A stretch of 32,000 nucleotides of DNA from Desulfocapsa sulfexigens DSM 10523 (GCF_000341395.1 NC_020304.1:240001-272000), one strand, 5' to 3'; numbered from the stretch's first letter, positions 1 through 16,372 are shown. The notes: generated from the letters alone by a model not told the origin. Numbers and translations: made by a program.

Positions 1-1101
1 GCTCACAGGGATGCACTCACTACCTTTCTTACATCACGCTGGTACCCTGTCTCTCTCATTCTTCTTACCCTTCTAGCGCTCTATTTCATAATGATTCGAA
101 GTCAGGCGAAAGCCCACACCATGCTTTTACGCAGACAGGTTGAAGAGGCTGATCGTCAACATACCCTGATGCTTCAGAAAAATGCACTTCTTAAGCAGGA
201 GGTGCAAAAACGACTGGACAGTGAAACACGTCTCCAGACTCTGGTAGAAACAATTCCTGATCTCGTCTGGCTGAAAAACCCTGAAGGAGTCTACCTTTCC
301 TGTAACCCTAAATTCGAACGCCTATACGGCGCAACAGAAGAAGAAATTATCGGCAAGACAGATTACGATTTTGTCGAAAGGGAGCGGGCAGATTCATTAC
401 GCATACTCGACCAGGAGGCTATGGATGCTGACGCCCCTCTTATCAACGAAGAGACGGTTACCTATGCTGACGATGGCCATGAAGAATCGGTGGAAATAAT
501 ACGAACCCCTCTGCGTGACAGTGAAGGAACACTGGTGGGAGTTTTAGGGATAGCCAGAAACATCACAGCCCGAAAACAGGCTGAAGAAGAGGCCCGTTAT
601 CTTTCTACCCATGATCCCCTGACCGGGCTTTTCAATCGCAGGATGCTGGAAAAGCGGGTAATTGAAGAAATTGACCGGGCAGAGCGTTACAACCATACTC
701 TTTCAATCTTTATGGTGGATCTGGATCATTTCAAAACGGTCAACGACACCTATGGTCACCTGAGCGGAGATATTGTTCTCCGCCATCTGGCAAAAATTCT
801 GGCAGTATCCATCCGCAAGACAGACTATGTCGCTCGATATGGTGGAGAAGAATTCATTGTCGTTCTCCCGGAGACACCTCTGACTGAAGCCCATGAACTG
901 GCAGAAAGATTATGTAAAGAGATTAGAAGATACCCTATTCCACTGAAAGACGGACAGACAATCAAGGTAACGGCAAGCATAGGAGTGGCTTGTTTTCCAG
1001 AGCATCACAAATCCTGGGAAGGAATAATCGGGGCTGCAGATTCAGCGATGTATGCGGCCAAACAAGCTGGTCGAAATCAGGTGAAAATCGCAGCTCCCTG
1101 A
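1..1101 (+). CDS. PAS-GGDEF diguanylate cyclase, 5' truncated by window edge
   Basis: The reading frame is open from base 1 (AHRDALTTFLTSRWYPVSLILLTLLALYFIMIRSQ..., a TM segment) through the reported M at 91. PAS region 'DLVWLKNPEGVYLSCN...GATEEEIIGKTDYDF'; GGDEF signature 'RYGGEEFIVVLPE'. Confidence 0.9.
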   Translation, partial: AHRDALTTFLTSRWYPVSLILLTLLALYFIMIRSQAKAHTMLLRRQVEEADRQHTLMLQKNALLKQEVQKRLDSETRLQTLVETIPDLVWLKNPEGVYLSCNPKFERLYGATEEEIIGKTDYDFVERERADSLRILDQEAMDADAPLINEETVTYADDGHEESVEIIRTPLRDSEGTLVGVLGIARNITARKQAEEEARYLSTHDPLTGLFNRRMLEKRVIEEIDRAERYNHTLSIFMVDLDHFKTVNDTYGHLSGDIVLRHLAKILAVSIRKTDYVARYGGEEFIVVLPETPLTEAHELAERLCKEIRRYPIPLKDGQTIKVTASIGVACFPEHHKSWEGIIGAADSAMYAAKQAGRNQVKIAAP

Positions 1102-1279
1102 ACGCTACGCCGGATTCCTTGACAAGACACCTTATTTGCACATAGGATTAAAAGAGGGATTCTTATAAAAGTAATCTGCAGCTGCATTCGAGCTGTCTGG
1201 ATGTTTCCCCCCCGAGTCCCCCTGGCTTTTCTTGAAAAAGAGTCTTTTTAATATCAACAGGACCGCAGAGGAAGCCATT

Positions 1280-1633
1280 ATGCTGGAACAACGAAAATAT
1301 GAGCGTTTTACTATTGCCAGTGAGATTCGAGCTCTTGCTTGCGATAAAGTTGCCAGGGTAACAGACATCAGTAAAGGGGGCCTTGCCTTAGTATTTCTAG
1401 ACGAAGCGACAAGCAATTTAAGAGGCGAATTTTCCCTTGACCTCCTCTGTCAGGCGAAGAATCTCGACGCAAGACAAATACCTGGAAAGGTTGTCTGGAA
1501 CAGGGAATTCTCCTTCTCAAAAATCCCCGGAATGGTTTACAAAAAAGCAGGAGTACAATTTGGTAAACTCTCTGTCACCCAACAGAAACTGTTAAGGATG
1601 TTACTCTTTGCTGATAACAAATCGTCATTATAG
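1280..1633 (+). CDS. PilZ domain protein (probable c-di-GMP receptor)
   Basis: 'RKYERF...VTDISKGGLALVF' resembles the PilZ RxxxR / D-SxxG pattern. The ATG at 1280 (17th codon of the listed ORF) has an upstream GAGG. Confidence 0.7.
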   Translation: MLEQRKYERFTIASEIRALACDKVARVTDISKGGLALVFLDEATSNLRGEFSLDLLCQAKNLDARQIPGKVVWNREFSFSKIPGMVYKKAGVQFGKLSVTQQKLLRMLLFADNKSSL

Positions 1634-1651
1634 GAGAAATCATACTTTCTC

Positions 1652-4432
1652 ATGCAGCCATCCCATACCAGACTTTCTCTTAACAGCCTTGCCTGCTTTT
1701 TTCTGACCAGTTGTCTTTTTCTAACGCTCATACTGCCTGAACACAGTTTTTCAAAGCAGTTGAAAGTTGGTGTCTACAGTAACAAACCGCTTGTCTTTGA
1801 GGATGAACAGGGGAATTTCCAGGGCCTCACCATCGATGTTCTGCGCGCCATTGCAGCGGCAGAGGGATGGGAACTCGAATTCGTACCCGGCAGTTGGACT
1901 GAATGCCTGCAAAGACTCGAACGTGGAGAGATCGATCTCCAGGTTTCCATCGCCTATTCCTCTGTCCGCTCACAACTTTTCAGCTTCCCGGACGAAACCC
2001 TGATCACTAACTGGGGACGATTATATCGCAATCCTTTTACTGAAGCAGACTCCCTCCTTGACCTGGACGGAAAAACCATTGCACTGCTCGAAAACGATAT
2101 TCATGCCAAGGTCTTTTCCGAGCTTATGGAAAAATTCAGCAAGCAGGTATCATCGGTGTACCTGCAGAGTTACGATGAAGTACTGAAACAAGTGGAAGAT
2201 GGCTCGGTGGATCTTGGTGTGGTCAACCGAATGTACGCCATGCAGAATGCACATCACTTCAATGTGAAGGCAACCCCGATGATTTTTAACCCCATAGAGG
2301 TCCGTTACGCAGTACCAAAGGGGAAAAACCCAGACATACTCACTGCCATAGACCATCACCTCAGCCTTTTGCGAGAGGACAAGAATTCTGTTTACTACAG
2401 ATCCCTTGAAAAGTGGTTCGGCCAGGAAGGACAGCCGTCAAAAATTCCCCGGTGGGTTAAAGTAACTGTCCTCATCGGTGGAACTCTCCTGATCATCATC
2501 TTTCTCGTCTCCCTGGTACTCAGAAAACAGATTTCAGTCAAAACAAAAGACCTGCAGATCATCTTTGACTCCTCTCCTGCCGCCATTTTTCTCCATGACC
2601 TGAATGGTAACATCCTTGACCTGAACCAGACCATGCTGGAGATGTACAAAGTAGAAAAAAGGCGGGCCCTCACCCTCTCCATCGCTGACTTTTCTTCGCC
2701 GGATAATCCTCTGGATATCCTGCTCGATTTCTGGAGAAAAGCTTTCGCAGGACACCCCCAGCAATTCGAATGGATTGCCCGTCGTCCTGGAGACAATTCC
2801 ACCTTTCCCGTTCAGATAGACCTTAAAAAAATCATTTATGATGGAAGGGAGGTCATTTATGCAACCGTTCTTGACATCACCACGACCAAGGAAGCTGAAG
2901 AGAGATTAGCCTCCGAGCAGGAAAGACTTGCTGTCACCCTGCGCTCCATTGGGGATGGTGTAATTGCAACTGATGTGATGGGAAATATAGTCTTTTTAAA
3001 TAAAGTTGCAGAAAGCTTGACTGGCTGGAAGAACAGCGAAGCACAGGGAAAACCCTCCTCGGAAATATTCAACATCATTAATGAGAAAACCGGAGAAAAA
3101 TGCATTAGTCCGGTACAGCGTGTATTAGAACTTGGTAGAATCGTGGGTCTTGCCAATCACACGGCACTCATTGCCAGGGATGGGACACTGAGAAGCATCG
3201 CTGACAGTGGTGCTCCCATTCGAGACAGAGCAAGTAAGATCGTTGGAGTCGTGCTGGTATTTCGCGATGTCACCAATGAGCAGAAAATGGAAGAAGAGTT
3301 GCTTAAAATCAAAAAACTCGAATCCATTGGTGTCCTTGCCGGAGGAATTGCTCACGATTTTAACAATATTCTAGCCGCTATTCTCGGAAACATTGAGCTC
3401 ACAGCCTTCAGGATTGACAAGGAAGATACTAAAACCATGGCTCTGCTCAACGATGCCAAAAAGGCCACCCGAAGAGCAACAAAGTTGACACAGCAGCTGC
3501 TGACATTTGCAAAAGGCGGGGACCCGGTGAGAGAGGAAACTGCACTTCCCCAACTGATAACCGAATCAACTGATTTTGTACTCCATGACAGCAAGATTAC
3601 CTGCAAATACAGCTTTCCCGACGACCTCTGGATGGTTGATGTGGACAGTGGACAGATTGGACAGGTTATCCAGAACATCGCCTTGAACGCCAAACATGCC
3701 ATGCCCGAAGGAGGTACCCTATCGATTCGTTGCGACAATATCAGTAATGCTGCAATGGAATCTCTTTTGAGCGTGGATGTGGGGAATTATGTCCGCATTA
3801 CTCTTCAGGATACCGGTATAGGCATCCCCAGGAATATCATCGATAAAATATTTGACCCCTATTTCTCAACAAAACAGGAGGGCAGTGGCCTCGGACTTGC
3901 GATATGCCATTCAATTATCAATAAACATGACGGACATATCACCGTTGACTCCACCACTGGTCGGGGAACCTGTTTCAGTATCTACCTGCCCGCCATACTG
4001 CATGGAAACCTTGCCAGGACAAATACCGGAATTATCGAGCCACTGACAAAGGCGTGCAGGGTCATGATTATGGATGATGAGAAAATGCTGCTTGATGTTG
4101 CCCAGGCCCAACTTAGTGTCCTTGGCCACGAAGCCATACCGGTGATGGATGGTGTACAGGCAATCAACAGATATCAGGAATTGCAGGATGCTGCAAGTCC
4201 CGTTGATCTTGTAATTATGGATCTTACTATTCCTGGTGGTATGGGGGGACAAGAGGCAGCCCGGAAACTCCTCCAGATAGACCCAAAGGCAAAAATCATT
4301 GTGTCCAGTGGATATTCAAACGATCCAGTTATGGCCGAGTACAAAAAATACGGCTTTGTGGCCGCCATTGCTAAACCCTTCGACCTGAAGGGGCTAAGTG
4401 ACACCATAGCGTCTGTCCTTAAGTCGTTGTAA
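1652..4432 (+). CDS. Hybrid sensor histidine kinase: periplasmic solute-binding (SBP_bac_3) sensor, TM, PAS domains, HisKA/HATPase, receiver
   Basis: N-terminal 'LKVGVYSNKPLVFEDEQGNFQGLTIDVLRAIAAAEGWELE'; H-box 'GGIAHDFNNILAAI'; 'LQDTGIGIP...IFDPYFSTKQEGSGLGLAI'; receiver 'VMIMDDEKMLLD...VDLVIMDLTIPGGMGG'. Confidence 0.92.
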   Translation: MQPSHTRLSLNSLACFFLTSCLFLTLILPEHSFSKQLKVGVYSNKPLVFEDEQGNFQGLTIDVLRAIAAAEGWELEFVPGSWTECLQRLERGEIDLQVSIAYSSVRSQLFSFPDETLITNWGRLYRNPFTEADSLLDLDGKTIALLENDIHAKVFSELMEKFSKQVSSVYLQSYDEVLKQVEDGSVDLGVVNRMYAMQNAHHFNVKATPMIFNPIEVRYAVPKGKNPDILTAIDHHLSLLREDKNSVYYRSLEKWFGQEGQPSKIPRWVKVTVLIGGTLLIIIFLVSLVLRKQISVKTKDLQIIFDSSPAAIFLHDLNGNILDLNQTMLEMYKVEKRRALTLSIADFSSPDNPLDILLDFWRKAFAGHPQQFEWIARRPGDNSTFPVQIDLKKIIYDGREVIYATVLDITTTKEAEERLASEQERLAVTLRSIGDGVIATDVMGNIVFLNKVAESLTGWKNSEAQGKPSSEIFNIINEKTGEKCISPVQRVLELGRIVGLANHTALIARDGTLRSIADSGAPIRDRASKIVGVVLVFRDVTNEQKMEEELLKIKKLESIGVLAGGIAHDFNNILAAILGNIELTAFRIDKEDTKTMALLNDAKKATRRATKLTQQLLTFAKGGDPVREETALPQLITESTDFVLHDSKITCKYSFPDDLWMVDVDSGQIGQVIQNIALNAKHAMPEGGTLSIRCDNISNAAMESLLSVDVGNYVRITLQDTGIGIPRNIIDKIFDPYFSTKQEGSGLGLAICHSIINKHDGHITVDSTTGRGTCFSIYLPAILHGNLARTNTGIIEPLTKACRVMIMDDEKMLLDVAQAQLSVLGHEAIPVMDGVQAINRYQELQDAASPVDLVIMDLTIPGGMGGQEAARKLLQIDPKAKIIVSSGYSNDPVMAEYKKYGFVAAIAKPFDLKGLSDTIASVLKSL

Positions 4433-4521
4433 ATAAATAACTATAACATTCTTATATCGTGACCAGCATAAGGGGCCAAAATAAAATCGACAAAAATATA
4501 ATAGTCATTTCTTGACTACCC

Positions 4522-5397
4522 CTAAATTGATGCCGCAATTTCCCAAAAGGCATCAACCTGTGGCGGCCGCATTTTTTTCTTGATACTGCAAATCCCGATG
4601 GAAAATGGTTTCAGTTCAGGCCTCACAGCCAGGATTTCTATCTGTTCTTTCAAGGGACTTTTTTCAAGGACCAGCTCAGGCACAACGCCTACCCCGCAAC
4701 CGAGCGCAACCATGGCAATGATGGCTTCATTCCCTGCAACCTGCGCGTAAACGTTTGGCACAATATCTTTTTCACGAAACCAGCTATCCGTCCTGTCACG
4801 ACTCAACCCAAATTCTGCAATAATAAGCGGTGTCTTCTGCCAGTCTATTTCCCTCCCCTGATATCGTGTTCTTTCTGGGAATGACGTGGGGCCAATAAAG
4901 ACCAGCGGAGTCTCCACAATCTTCAGAAATTCCACCCGTTCCGGCAGGACATCCGGCAACGCTGCCACCGTAATATCCACCTCCCTATTCTGGAGTTTTG
5001 TAAGTGCAAGCGCGGCATCACCTGTCTCAAGAGTGATGTTTACCTCCGGATAGACAAAACGAAATTTCTGAAAAATCACAGGCAGGATTGAATATGCTGC
5101 GGTCACAGAACAGTACAGTGAAATCTCTCCCCCCAACACCCGCTCCCTTGACAGCTCACCCTGTAACATTTCATAGCGCTGAATAACATCATCTGCATAG
5201 GAACGAAATGACTCACCTGCCGGGGTAAGACGGACCGAGCGGTTATCACGGAGAAATAAGCGTTCCCCCAGATCATCCTCAAGACGCTGAATGATTCTGG
5301 TCAATGCAGAAGGAGTCACATGACAGGCACGACTGCTTTGTCCAAAATGGAGGGTTCCAGAGAGATGCTTGAAGAGTTTGAGATCTCGGATGTTCAT
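4522..5397 (-). CDS. ilvY: LysR-family regulator, IlvY-like, divergent to ilvC
   Basis: HTH 'MNIRDLKLFKHLSGTLHFGQSSRACHVTPSALTRIIQRLEDDLGERLFLRDNRSVRLTPAG'. Start taken at CAT 5395-5397. It is divergently adjacent to ilvC. Confidence 0.85.
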   Translation of the reverse strand: MNIRDLKLFKHLSGTLHFGQSSRACHVTPSALTRIIQRLEDDLGERLFLRDNRSVRLTPAGESFRSYADDVIQRYEMLQGELSRERVLGGEISLYCSVTAAYSILPVIFQKFRFVYPEVNITLETGDAALALTKLQNREVDITVAALPDVLPERVEFLKIVETPLVFIGPTSFPERTRYQGREIDWQKTPLIIAEFGLSRDRTDSWFREKDIVPNVYAQVAGNEAIIAMVALGCGVGVVPELVLEKSPLKEQIEILAVRPELKPFSIGICSIKKKMRPPQVDAFWEIAASI

Positions 5398-5580
5398 TTT
5401 CTTTTTTCGGCTATCACTGTTCAAAGGACACACGTTTATTTCACTAACCGCAATACTATATTACAAACAATTCACTTTACGCAACAATTTTTCATGGTAT
5501 TATCTAGATAATAATTCGTTGTTTTACCGTTTTTATTTCCATTCAATAGTGAATTGATCATTTAAAAAAGGAGTATTCCC

Positions 5581-7050
5581 ATGTCAAACAATTACTTTAA
5601 CAGCCTTCCCCTCCGCCTTCAGCTTGAAGAACTTGGCCAGTGTCGTTTTATGGATATTTCGGAATTTGATGGTGTTGAGGCCCTCAAAGGAAAAAAAATC
5701 GTCATAGTCGGTTGTGGTGCTCAGGGCTTAAACCAGGGACTGAATCTTCGTGACTCAGGCCTTGATGTCTCTTACACCCTCCGCGATGCCGCAATTGCCG
5801 AAAAACGTCAGTCCTGGAAAAACGCCTCGGAAAATGACTTCAAAGTAGGAACCTACCAGGAGATGCTCCCCGAAGCTGATCTGGTAATCAATCTGACTCC
5901 TGACAAACAGCACACCAATGTCATCGAAGCCGTCATGCCACTCATGAAACAGGGTGCTTGCCTCTCCTACTCTCACGGATTCAATATTGTTGAGGAGGGA
6001 ATGAAGATTCGCGACGACATTACAGTTGTCATGGTTGCCCCAAAATCTCCAGGAACCGAGGTACGGGAAGAGTACAAACGAGGTTTTGGTGTCCCTACCC
6101 TTATCGCCGTACATCGTGAAAACGATCCCCAGGGGATCGGCTGGGATGTTGCCAAAGCTTATGCAGCTGGAACAGGCGGCCATCGTGCCGGGTGTCTGCA
6201 ATCCTCCTTTGTTGCAGAGGTAAAATCTGATCTCATGGGTGAGCAGACCATTCTTTGCGGAATGCTGCAGACTGGCTCCCTGCTCTGTTTTGACAAGATG
6301 ACTGAACAGGGAATAGATCCTGCCTACGCTGTCAAATTAATTCAGTTTGGCTGGGAAACCATCACCGAAGCGCTCAAACACGGCGGCATTACCAACATGA
6401 TGGACAGACTTTCCAATCCTGCAAAAATCAGAGCCAATGAGTTAAGCGATGAGCTGAAAAGTATCATGGAACCACTCTTCCACAAGCACATGGACGATAT
6501 CATGTCTGGGCATTTCTCCAAAACCATGATGGAAGACTGGGCCAACGACGATGCGAACCTCCTGAGATGGCGTAAAGAAACGGGTGAAACAACTTTCGAG
6601 CAAACAGAAGCGGCTACCACCGAAATAAGCGAACAGGAATACTTTGACAATGGCATTCTTATGGTTGCCATGATTAAAGCCGGTGTTGAGTTAGCCTTTG
6701 ACACCATGGTTTCAGCAGGAATCAAAGAGGAATCTGCCTACTACGAGTCACTGCACGAGGTTCCACTGATAGCCAATCTTATTGCACGCAAAAAACTCTA
6801 TGAGATGAATGTTGTTATCTCGGATACTGCTGAGTATGGCTGCTACCTCTTCAACCACGCCTGTCTGCCACTGCTCAGGGATTTCATGAAAACAGTGAAC
6901 ACTGATGTTATTGGTAAGACCATTGCAGTCAAAGACAATGGGGTGAACAACGTTGAGCTTATCGAAACCAACGAGTCCATCCGCTACACCACTGTTGAAG
7001 CTATCGGTGAAGAGCTGCGCTCCTATATGAGTGCCATGAAGCAAATCTAA
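5581..7050 (+). CDS. ilvC: Ketol-acid reductoisomerase, class II (489 aa)
   Basis: '[34 protein letters not shown]', '[28 protein letters not shown]'. The length and duplicated C-terminal domain fit the long class. Confidence 0.97.
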   Translation: MSNNYFNSLPLRLQLEELGQCRFMDISEFDGVEALKGKKIVIVGCGAQGLNQGLNLRDSGLDVSYTLRDAAIAEKRQSWKNASENDFKVGTYQEMLPEADLVINLTPDKQHTNVIEAVMPLMKQGACLSYSHGFNIVEEGMKIRDDITVVMVAPKSPGTEVREEYKRGFGVPTLIAVHRENDPQGIGWDVAKAYAAGTGGHRAGCLQSSFVAEVKSDLMGEQTILCGMLQTGSLLCFDKMTEQGIDPAYAVKLIQFGWETITEALKHGGITNMMDRLSNPAKIRANELSDELKSIMEPLFHKHMDDIMSGHFSKTMMEDWANDDANLLRWRKETGETTFEQTEAATTEISEQEYFDNGILMVAMIKAGVELAFDTMVSAGIKEESAYYESLHEVPLIANLIARKKLYEMNVVISDTAEYGCYLFNHACLPLLRDFMKTVNTDVIGKTIAVKDNGVNNVELIETNESIRYTTVEAIGEELRSYMSAMKQI

Positions 7051-7062
7051 GCCCAATCCCTT

Positions 7063-7096
7063 TTCTGATCGGAAGAAATATTTCTTCCGGTCAGAA
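7063..7096 (+). terminator. Hairpin just downstream of ilvC
   Basis: TTCTGATCGGAAGAAAT / ATTTCTTCCGGTCAGAA inverted repeat (one G-T pair), 12 nt after the ilvC stop. There is no strong U-tract. Confidence 0.55.
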
Positions 7097-7142
7097 CATC
7101 CGTTTTCCCCTCCATTTATGAAACAACTCACGGGGATGAGCC

Positions 7143-7343
7143 GTGGCAATGAGCCCCTGGCACTTCTCTGCAGACAGCAAGGCAATGATTTTTGTCACCT
7201 CACAGAAAACCATGGCCCTGGCACTTGCCATATTAGCCAGCATCAAACTTGCAACCGGCAATGCCATTATTGTCTGTCTCATCTTTCATTTTTTCCAACT
7301 GTTCATGGACTCCTTTATCGCATCAATCATTCAAAATAAATAA
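7143..7343 (+). pseudogene. Possible C-terminal remnant of an SBF/BASS-like transporter
   Basis: The peptide 'HFSADSKAMIFVTSQKTMALALAILASIKLATGNAIIVCLIFHFFQLFMDSFIASII' looks like the last TM helices of a permease. An in-frame TGA sits immediately upstream and no N-terminal part is visible. Confidence 0.35.
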
Positions 7344-7488
7344 AAAAACAAAAATTCTCCATACCTGCTTTGACAATGATTTTTTACTTTGCTATAACTC
7401 TTCATGTATTTACAAATCATTTCAAGCTGTATTGACCTTTTTATACCACAGGTGCAAGATCCACCACGCTGTCAGGAAAACTTCTTAA

Positions 7489-8955
7489 ATGACAAACAAC
7501 AACCACTCTCGTGACTCTCTCTGGCTCCGCCTCTGGAAGCCTTTTTTCGCCCTTTCTGTCTACAAGAAATTCCTCCTGGTTCTGGTAAGCTTCCTCTGCG
7601 GGTATCTTGTTATCGGATTCCACAGTCTTCTCTTTATTAAAAAGCTTAAATATGAACTGCATTTTGCCTGCGGTGGAGACGAGCATTTATCGAACGCCCT
7701 TGGTCTCCTCGATACCTATATCAGCCATGGCCTGATTCTGGTCGTTCTGGTCATGGCCTTTATGAGCCTTACAAGTTTTTTGTGCGTACGCGCCCTTGTT
7801 GATTTTCTTGACCAGATGATCAGTTCTCTTCGAACGCTGGTCAAAAAGGGGGACAAAAAACAGGCCTGTGGCCATGGAACCGAAATTCCGGTACTTACCC
7901 AGGACAAAATCGGAGAAGTCGCTCTACTGGTAAACGACCTGACAAGTCATATTCGAGCCATTTCGCTCTTCAGAAGAACCATAGAGGCCGACGAAACCGT
8001 TGGTGAAGTTTACAATCGACTGGCCTACGTTTTTAAGGAAAAACTGCATCTCAACACCTTTATTATATGGGAAGTCCGGGCTAAGGATGACTCCATAGAA
8101 GCAGTGTACAGCTGGCCTCCTGAACTGGAACACGATACCTGTGAAATGAGTACCTCCAGAATCTGTCGCGCAAGACGGACAGGAGAAGTCATTTCATCAG
8201 CCGGTTTCCCAGGTATCTGCCCAGTCTTCCCCCTCTCTGAACTAATGACCCATACCTGTGTCCCCATGGTTGTTTCAGGGAAAGTACTGGGAGTTGTTCA
8301 ATTTTTCTCGCTCTTTGTCGACAGCCCGGAACGAGCAGAGCAATTACGGGAAAACCAACAACTTGCCGGCCTCTATCTCGAAGAGGCTCTTCCGGTGCTC
8401 CACGCCAAGCGTCTCGCCTCTAATCTTCATGAAATGGCCACCAAAGATGCCCTGACTGGCCTTGCAAACCGTAGATACCTGGAAACAAACATCAACCCGA
8501 TACTTGCCGGAATCAAAAGGAGAAAGAGTACCTTGGCTGTTCTCATGTGTGACCTGGATTTTTTCAAACAGGTAAACGATGAACACGGGCACGATGTGGG
8601 TGATGACGTCCTGAAAACGCTAGCTACCATTCTGAAAGATGGAGTGCGAACCTCGGATATTGTTATCCGCTATGGCGGTGAAGAATTCCTGATCCTTCTT
8701 ACTGACTGTGAGATGGAAAAAGCGACAGAGGTCGCAGAAAAAATACGGCAGGCTGTGGAGGAACAGCTGTTCCGGATAGAAGATATCAGTATCCGCAAGA
8801 CCCTCAGTATCGGAGTCTCTATTTTCCCCGTGGATGGGGATGGATTCTGGGAATGTATCAAACACGCTGATATTGCTCTCTATCAGGCAAAAGACACTGG
8901 CAGAAACAAGGTAGTACGCTTTAATCCTTCCATGTGGGATGGGGATAGTTATTGA
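7489..8955 (+). CDS. Membrane diguanylate cyclase with two N-terminal TM segments, HAMP-like and GAF-like regions, GGDEF
   Basis: N-terminal hydrophobic 'FLLVLVSFLCGYLVIGF' and 'GLILVVLVMAFMSLTSFLCV'; 'RYGGEEFLILLTDCE' GGDEF signature. Confidence 0.9.
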   Translation: MTNNNHSRDSLWLRLWKPFFALSVYKKFLLVLVSFLCGYLVIGFHSLLFIKKLKYELHFACGGDEHLSNALGLLDTYISHGLILVVLVMAFMSLTSFLCVRALVDFLDQMISSLRTLVKKGDKKQACGHGTEIPVLTQDKIGEVALLVNDLTSHIRAISLFRRTIEADETVGEVYNRLAYVFKEKLHLNTFIIWEVRAKDDSIEAVYSWPPELEHDTCEMSTSRICRARRTGEVISSAGFPGICPVFPLSELMTHTCVPMVVSGKVLGVVQFFSLFVDSPERAEQLRENQQLAGLYLEEALPVLHAKRLASNLHEMATKDALTGLANRRYLETNINPILAGIKRRKSTLAVLMCDLDFFKQVNDEHGHDVGDDVLKTLATILKDGVRTSDIVIRYGGEEFLILLTDCEMEKATEVAEKIRQAVEEQLFRIEDISIRKTLSIGVSIFPVDGDGFWECIKHADIALYQAKDTGRNKVVRFNPSMWDGDSY

Positions 8956-9087
8956 GAATCCTGACGGTGTAATAAAAACCTCCTAAAACTTCTCCATGCA
9001 ATGTTGCAGGTTTTCTCGGGTGCCCTTCATCTTCTCAAAGAACAAGGTGAAGGACGGATGCATCCTCCATTCTTTTTCCTGATTACC

Positions 9088-9126
9088 ACTAATCCTCAGC
9101 CTACCCGCCTGAGGATTAGTTTTTTC
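9088..9126 (+). terminator. Rho-independent terminator
   Basis: Perfect 12-bp stem ACTAATCCTCAG / CTGAGGATTAGT, loop CCTACCCGC, followed by TTTTT. Confidence 0.85.
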
Positions 9127-9132
9127 GTGTTG

Positions 9133-9228
9133 ATTATATGGGCATCTGCGGCCTGGACGGCCGCAGCAGAGCCCCCAGGGATCGGTTTATGGCGTCCCAT
9201 ATAATCAACCCGGAACAACTCCGGGTTG
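9133..9228 (+). ncRNA. Putative structured (possibly cis-regulatory) RNA, family unknown
   Basis: Outer 10-bp pairing ATTATATGGG (9133-9142) / CCCATATAAT (9196-9205) encloses CTGCGGCC-TGGAC-GGCCGCAG (9146-9166). It is followed directly by CAACCCGGA-ACAAC-TCCGGGTTG (9206-9228). Confidence 0.45.
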
Positions 9229-9411
9229 CAAAGCCGAGTTTCGATGGTAATCAGGTTCTTTTTTCAACTCCCGTCAGTTTCACATCCAGCAATAACCACT
9301 TAGCCATACAGTCCTCGTTTATACCTAATCCGATTTTTCCTGGACAATTCAAAAACAGGCATTAACGTAAGAGATAACAGGAAGCATTATCAATAAAAAC
9401 CTTGTGAGCAT

Positions 9412-9594
9412 ATGAAAAATACAAACATCATCAAAAACCCTGATCCTCAACGAGTGGCAATCCTCAGATCACTTCCACTAGAGATCAAAGAGACACTGAC
9501 AGGTGAAGAAGCTGCTGCATTTATTAATAATGAGCCACTTTCTGAAACCCTTTATGAAAAACTTAAAGACCATCTGCTTCCTGCTGAAGAGTAG
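9412..9594 (+). CDS. Small hypothetical protein (60 aa)
   Basis: ORF MKNTNIIKNPDPQRVAILRSLPLEIKETLTGEEAAAFINNEPLSETLYEKLKDHLLPAEE, with protein-like composition. Confidence 0.5.
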   Translation: MKNTNIIKNPDPQRVAILRSLPLEIKETLTGEEAAAFINNEPLSETLYEKLKDHLLPAEE

Positions 9595-9624
9595 GAACAA
9601 AAGCAGACAGTAAGGAGACATCCT

Positions 9625-9777
9625 ATGAAAGAAAATACTATCCAGGCCATAGATCCTGCTGAAACCTGTGAAAGCAATCCTGAGTGGAGCAGTGCTCCCG
9701 GCAACAATGACTGGGACGATTGTCGCTGTTCGATCATTGCCCCAGCCAAGACCAGTCACCCTCAAGACAAAAAGTAA
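9625..9777 (+). CDS. Small Cys-containing hypothetical peptide (50 aa), absent from the ORF track
   Basis: Own translation: MKENTIQAIDPAETCESNPEWSSAPGNNDWDDCRCSIIAPAKTSHPQDKK*. An upstream GTAAGGAGA acts as Shine-Dalgarno. Confidence 0.5.
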   Translation: MKENTIQAIDPAETCESNPEWSSAPGNNDWDDCRCSIIAPAKTSHPQDKK

Positions 9778-9794
9778 GTCTACGAAAATATACT

Positions 9795-9821
9795 CTCCCT
9801 GCTTTCTCTTAAAGCAGGGAG
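9795..9821 (+). terminator. Hairpin downstream of the small-peptide pair
   Basis: 11-bp perfect stem CTCCCTGCTTT / AAAGCAGGGAG with CTCTT loop. There is no immediate U-tract, but T8 lies further downstream. Confidence 0.5.
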
Positions 9822-10039
9822 GGGCTCATCACATTCAAAAATCCCCTTCCCCTTTTTTTTCGCATCGGCCAATAACACATTCAAATCTTGATTTATATGA
9901 GCTTTATTGAAATTACCGTCATAATTATTACAAAAACATGATAAAAACATTGGAGAATGATACTATCAACTGCAACAAAGTTTATAAAAAAAATCGCCGC
10001 GCCCAGGGACATGGGAAGCCCGGATATTGAGAGGAAACA

Positions 10040-15932
<5,893 letters not shown>

Positions 15933-15948
15933 GATAGAAAGAAAAAAA

Positions 15949-15975
15949 GCGAGACTACCTTTTTGGTAGCCTCGC
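15949..15975. terminator. Bidirectional terminator between convergent gltD and glnB
   Basis: GCGAG-A-CTACC TTTTT GGTAG-C-CTCGC, with an A7 tract on its left (U-tract for the minus strand). Confidence 0.7.
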
Positions 15976-16001
15976 TTAGTAATGGACAGTATGACTCTGA
16001 A

Positions 16002-16352
<351 letters not shown>

Positions 16353-16372
16353 TCATTAAACTATTTGGCTAA

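Noticed and set aside
9206-9240. Possible c-di-GMP-I (GEMM) riboswitch because of GCAAAGCC and the nearby GGDEF gene
   Set aside because: The remaining conserved GEMM elements (CACGCACAGGGCAAACC, receptor/tetraloop arrangement) are absent; kept only as an unassigned structured RNA.
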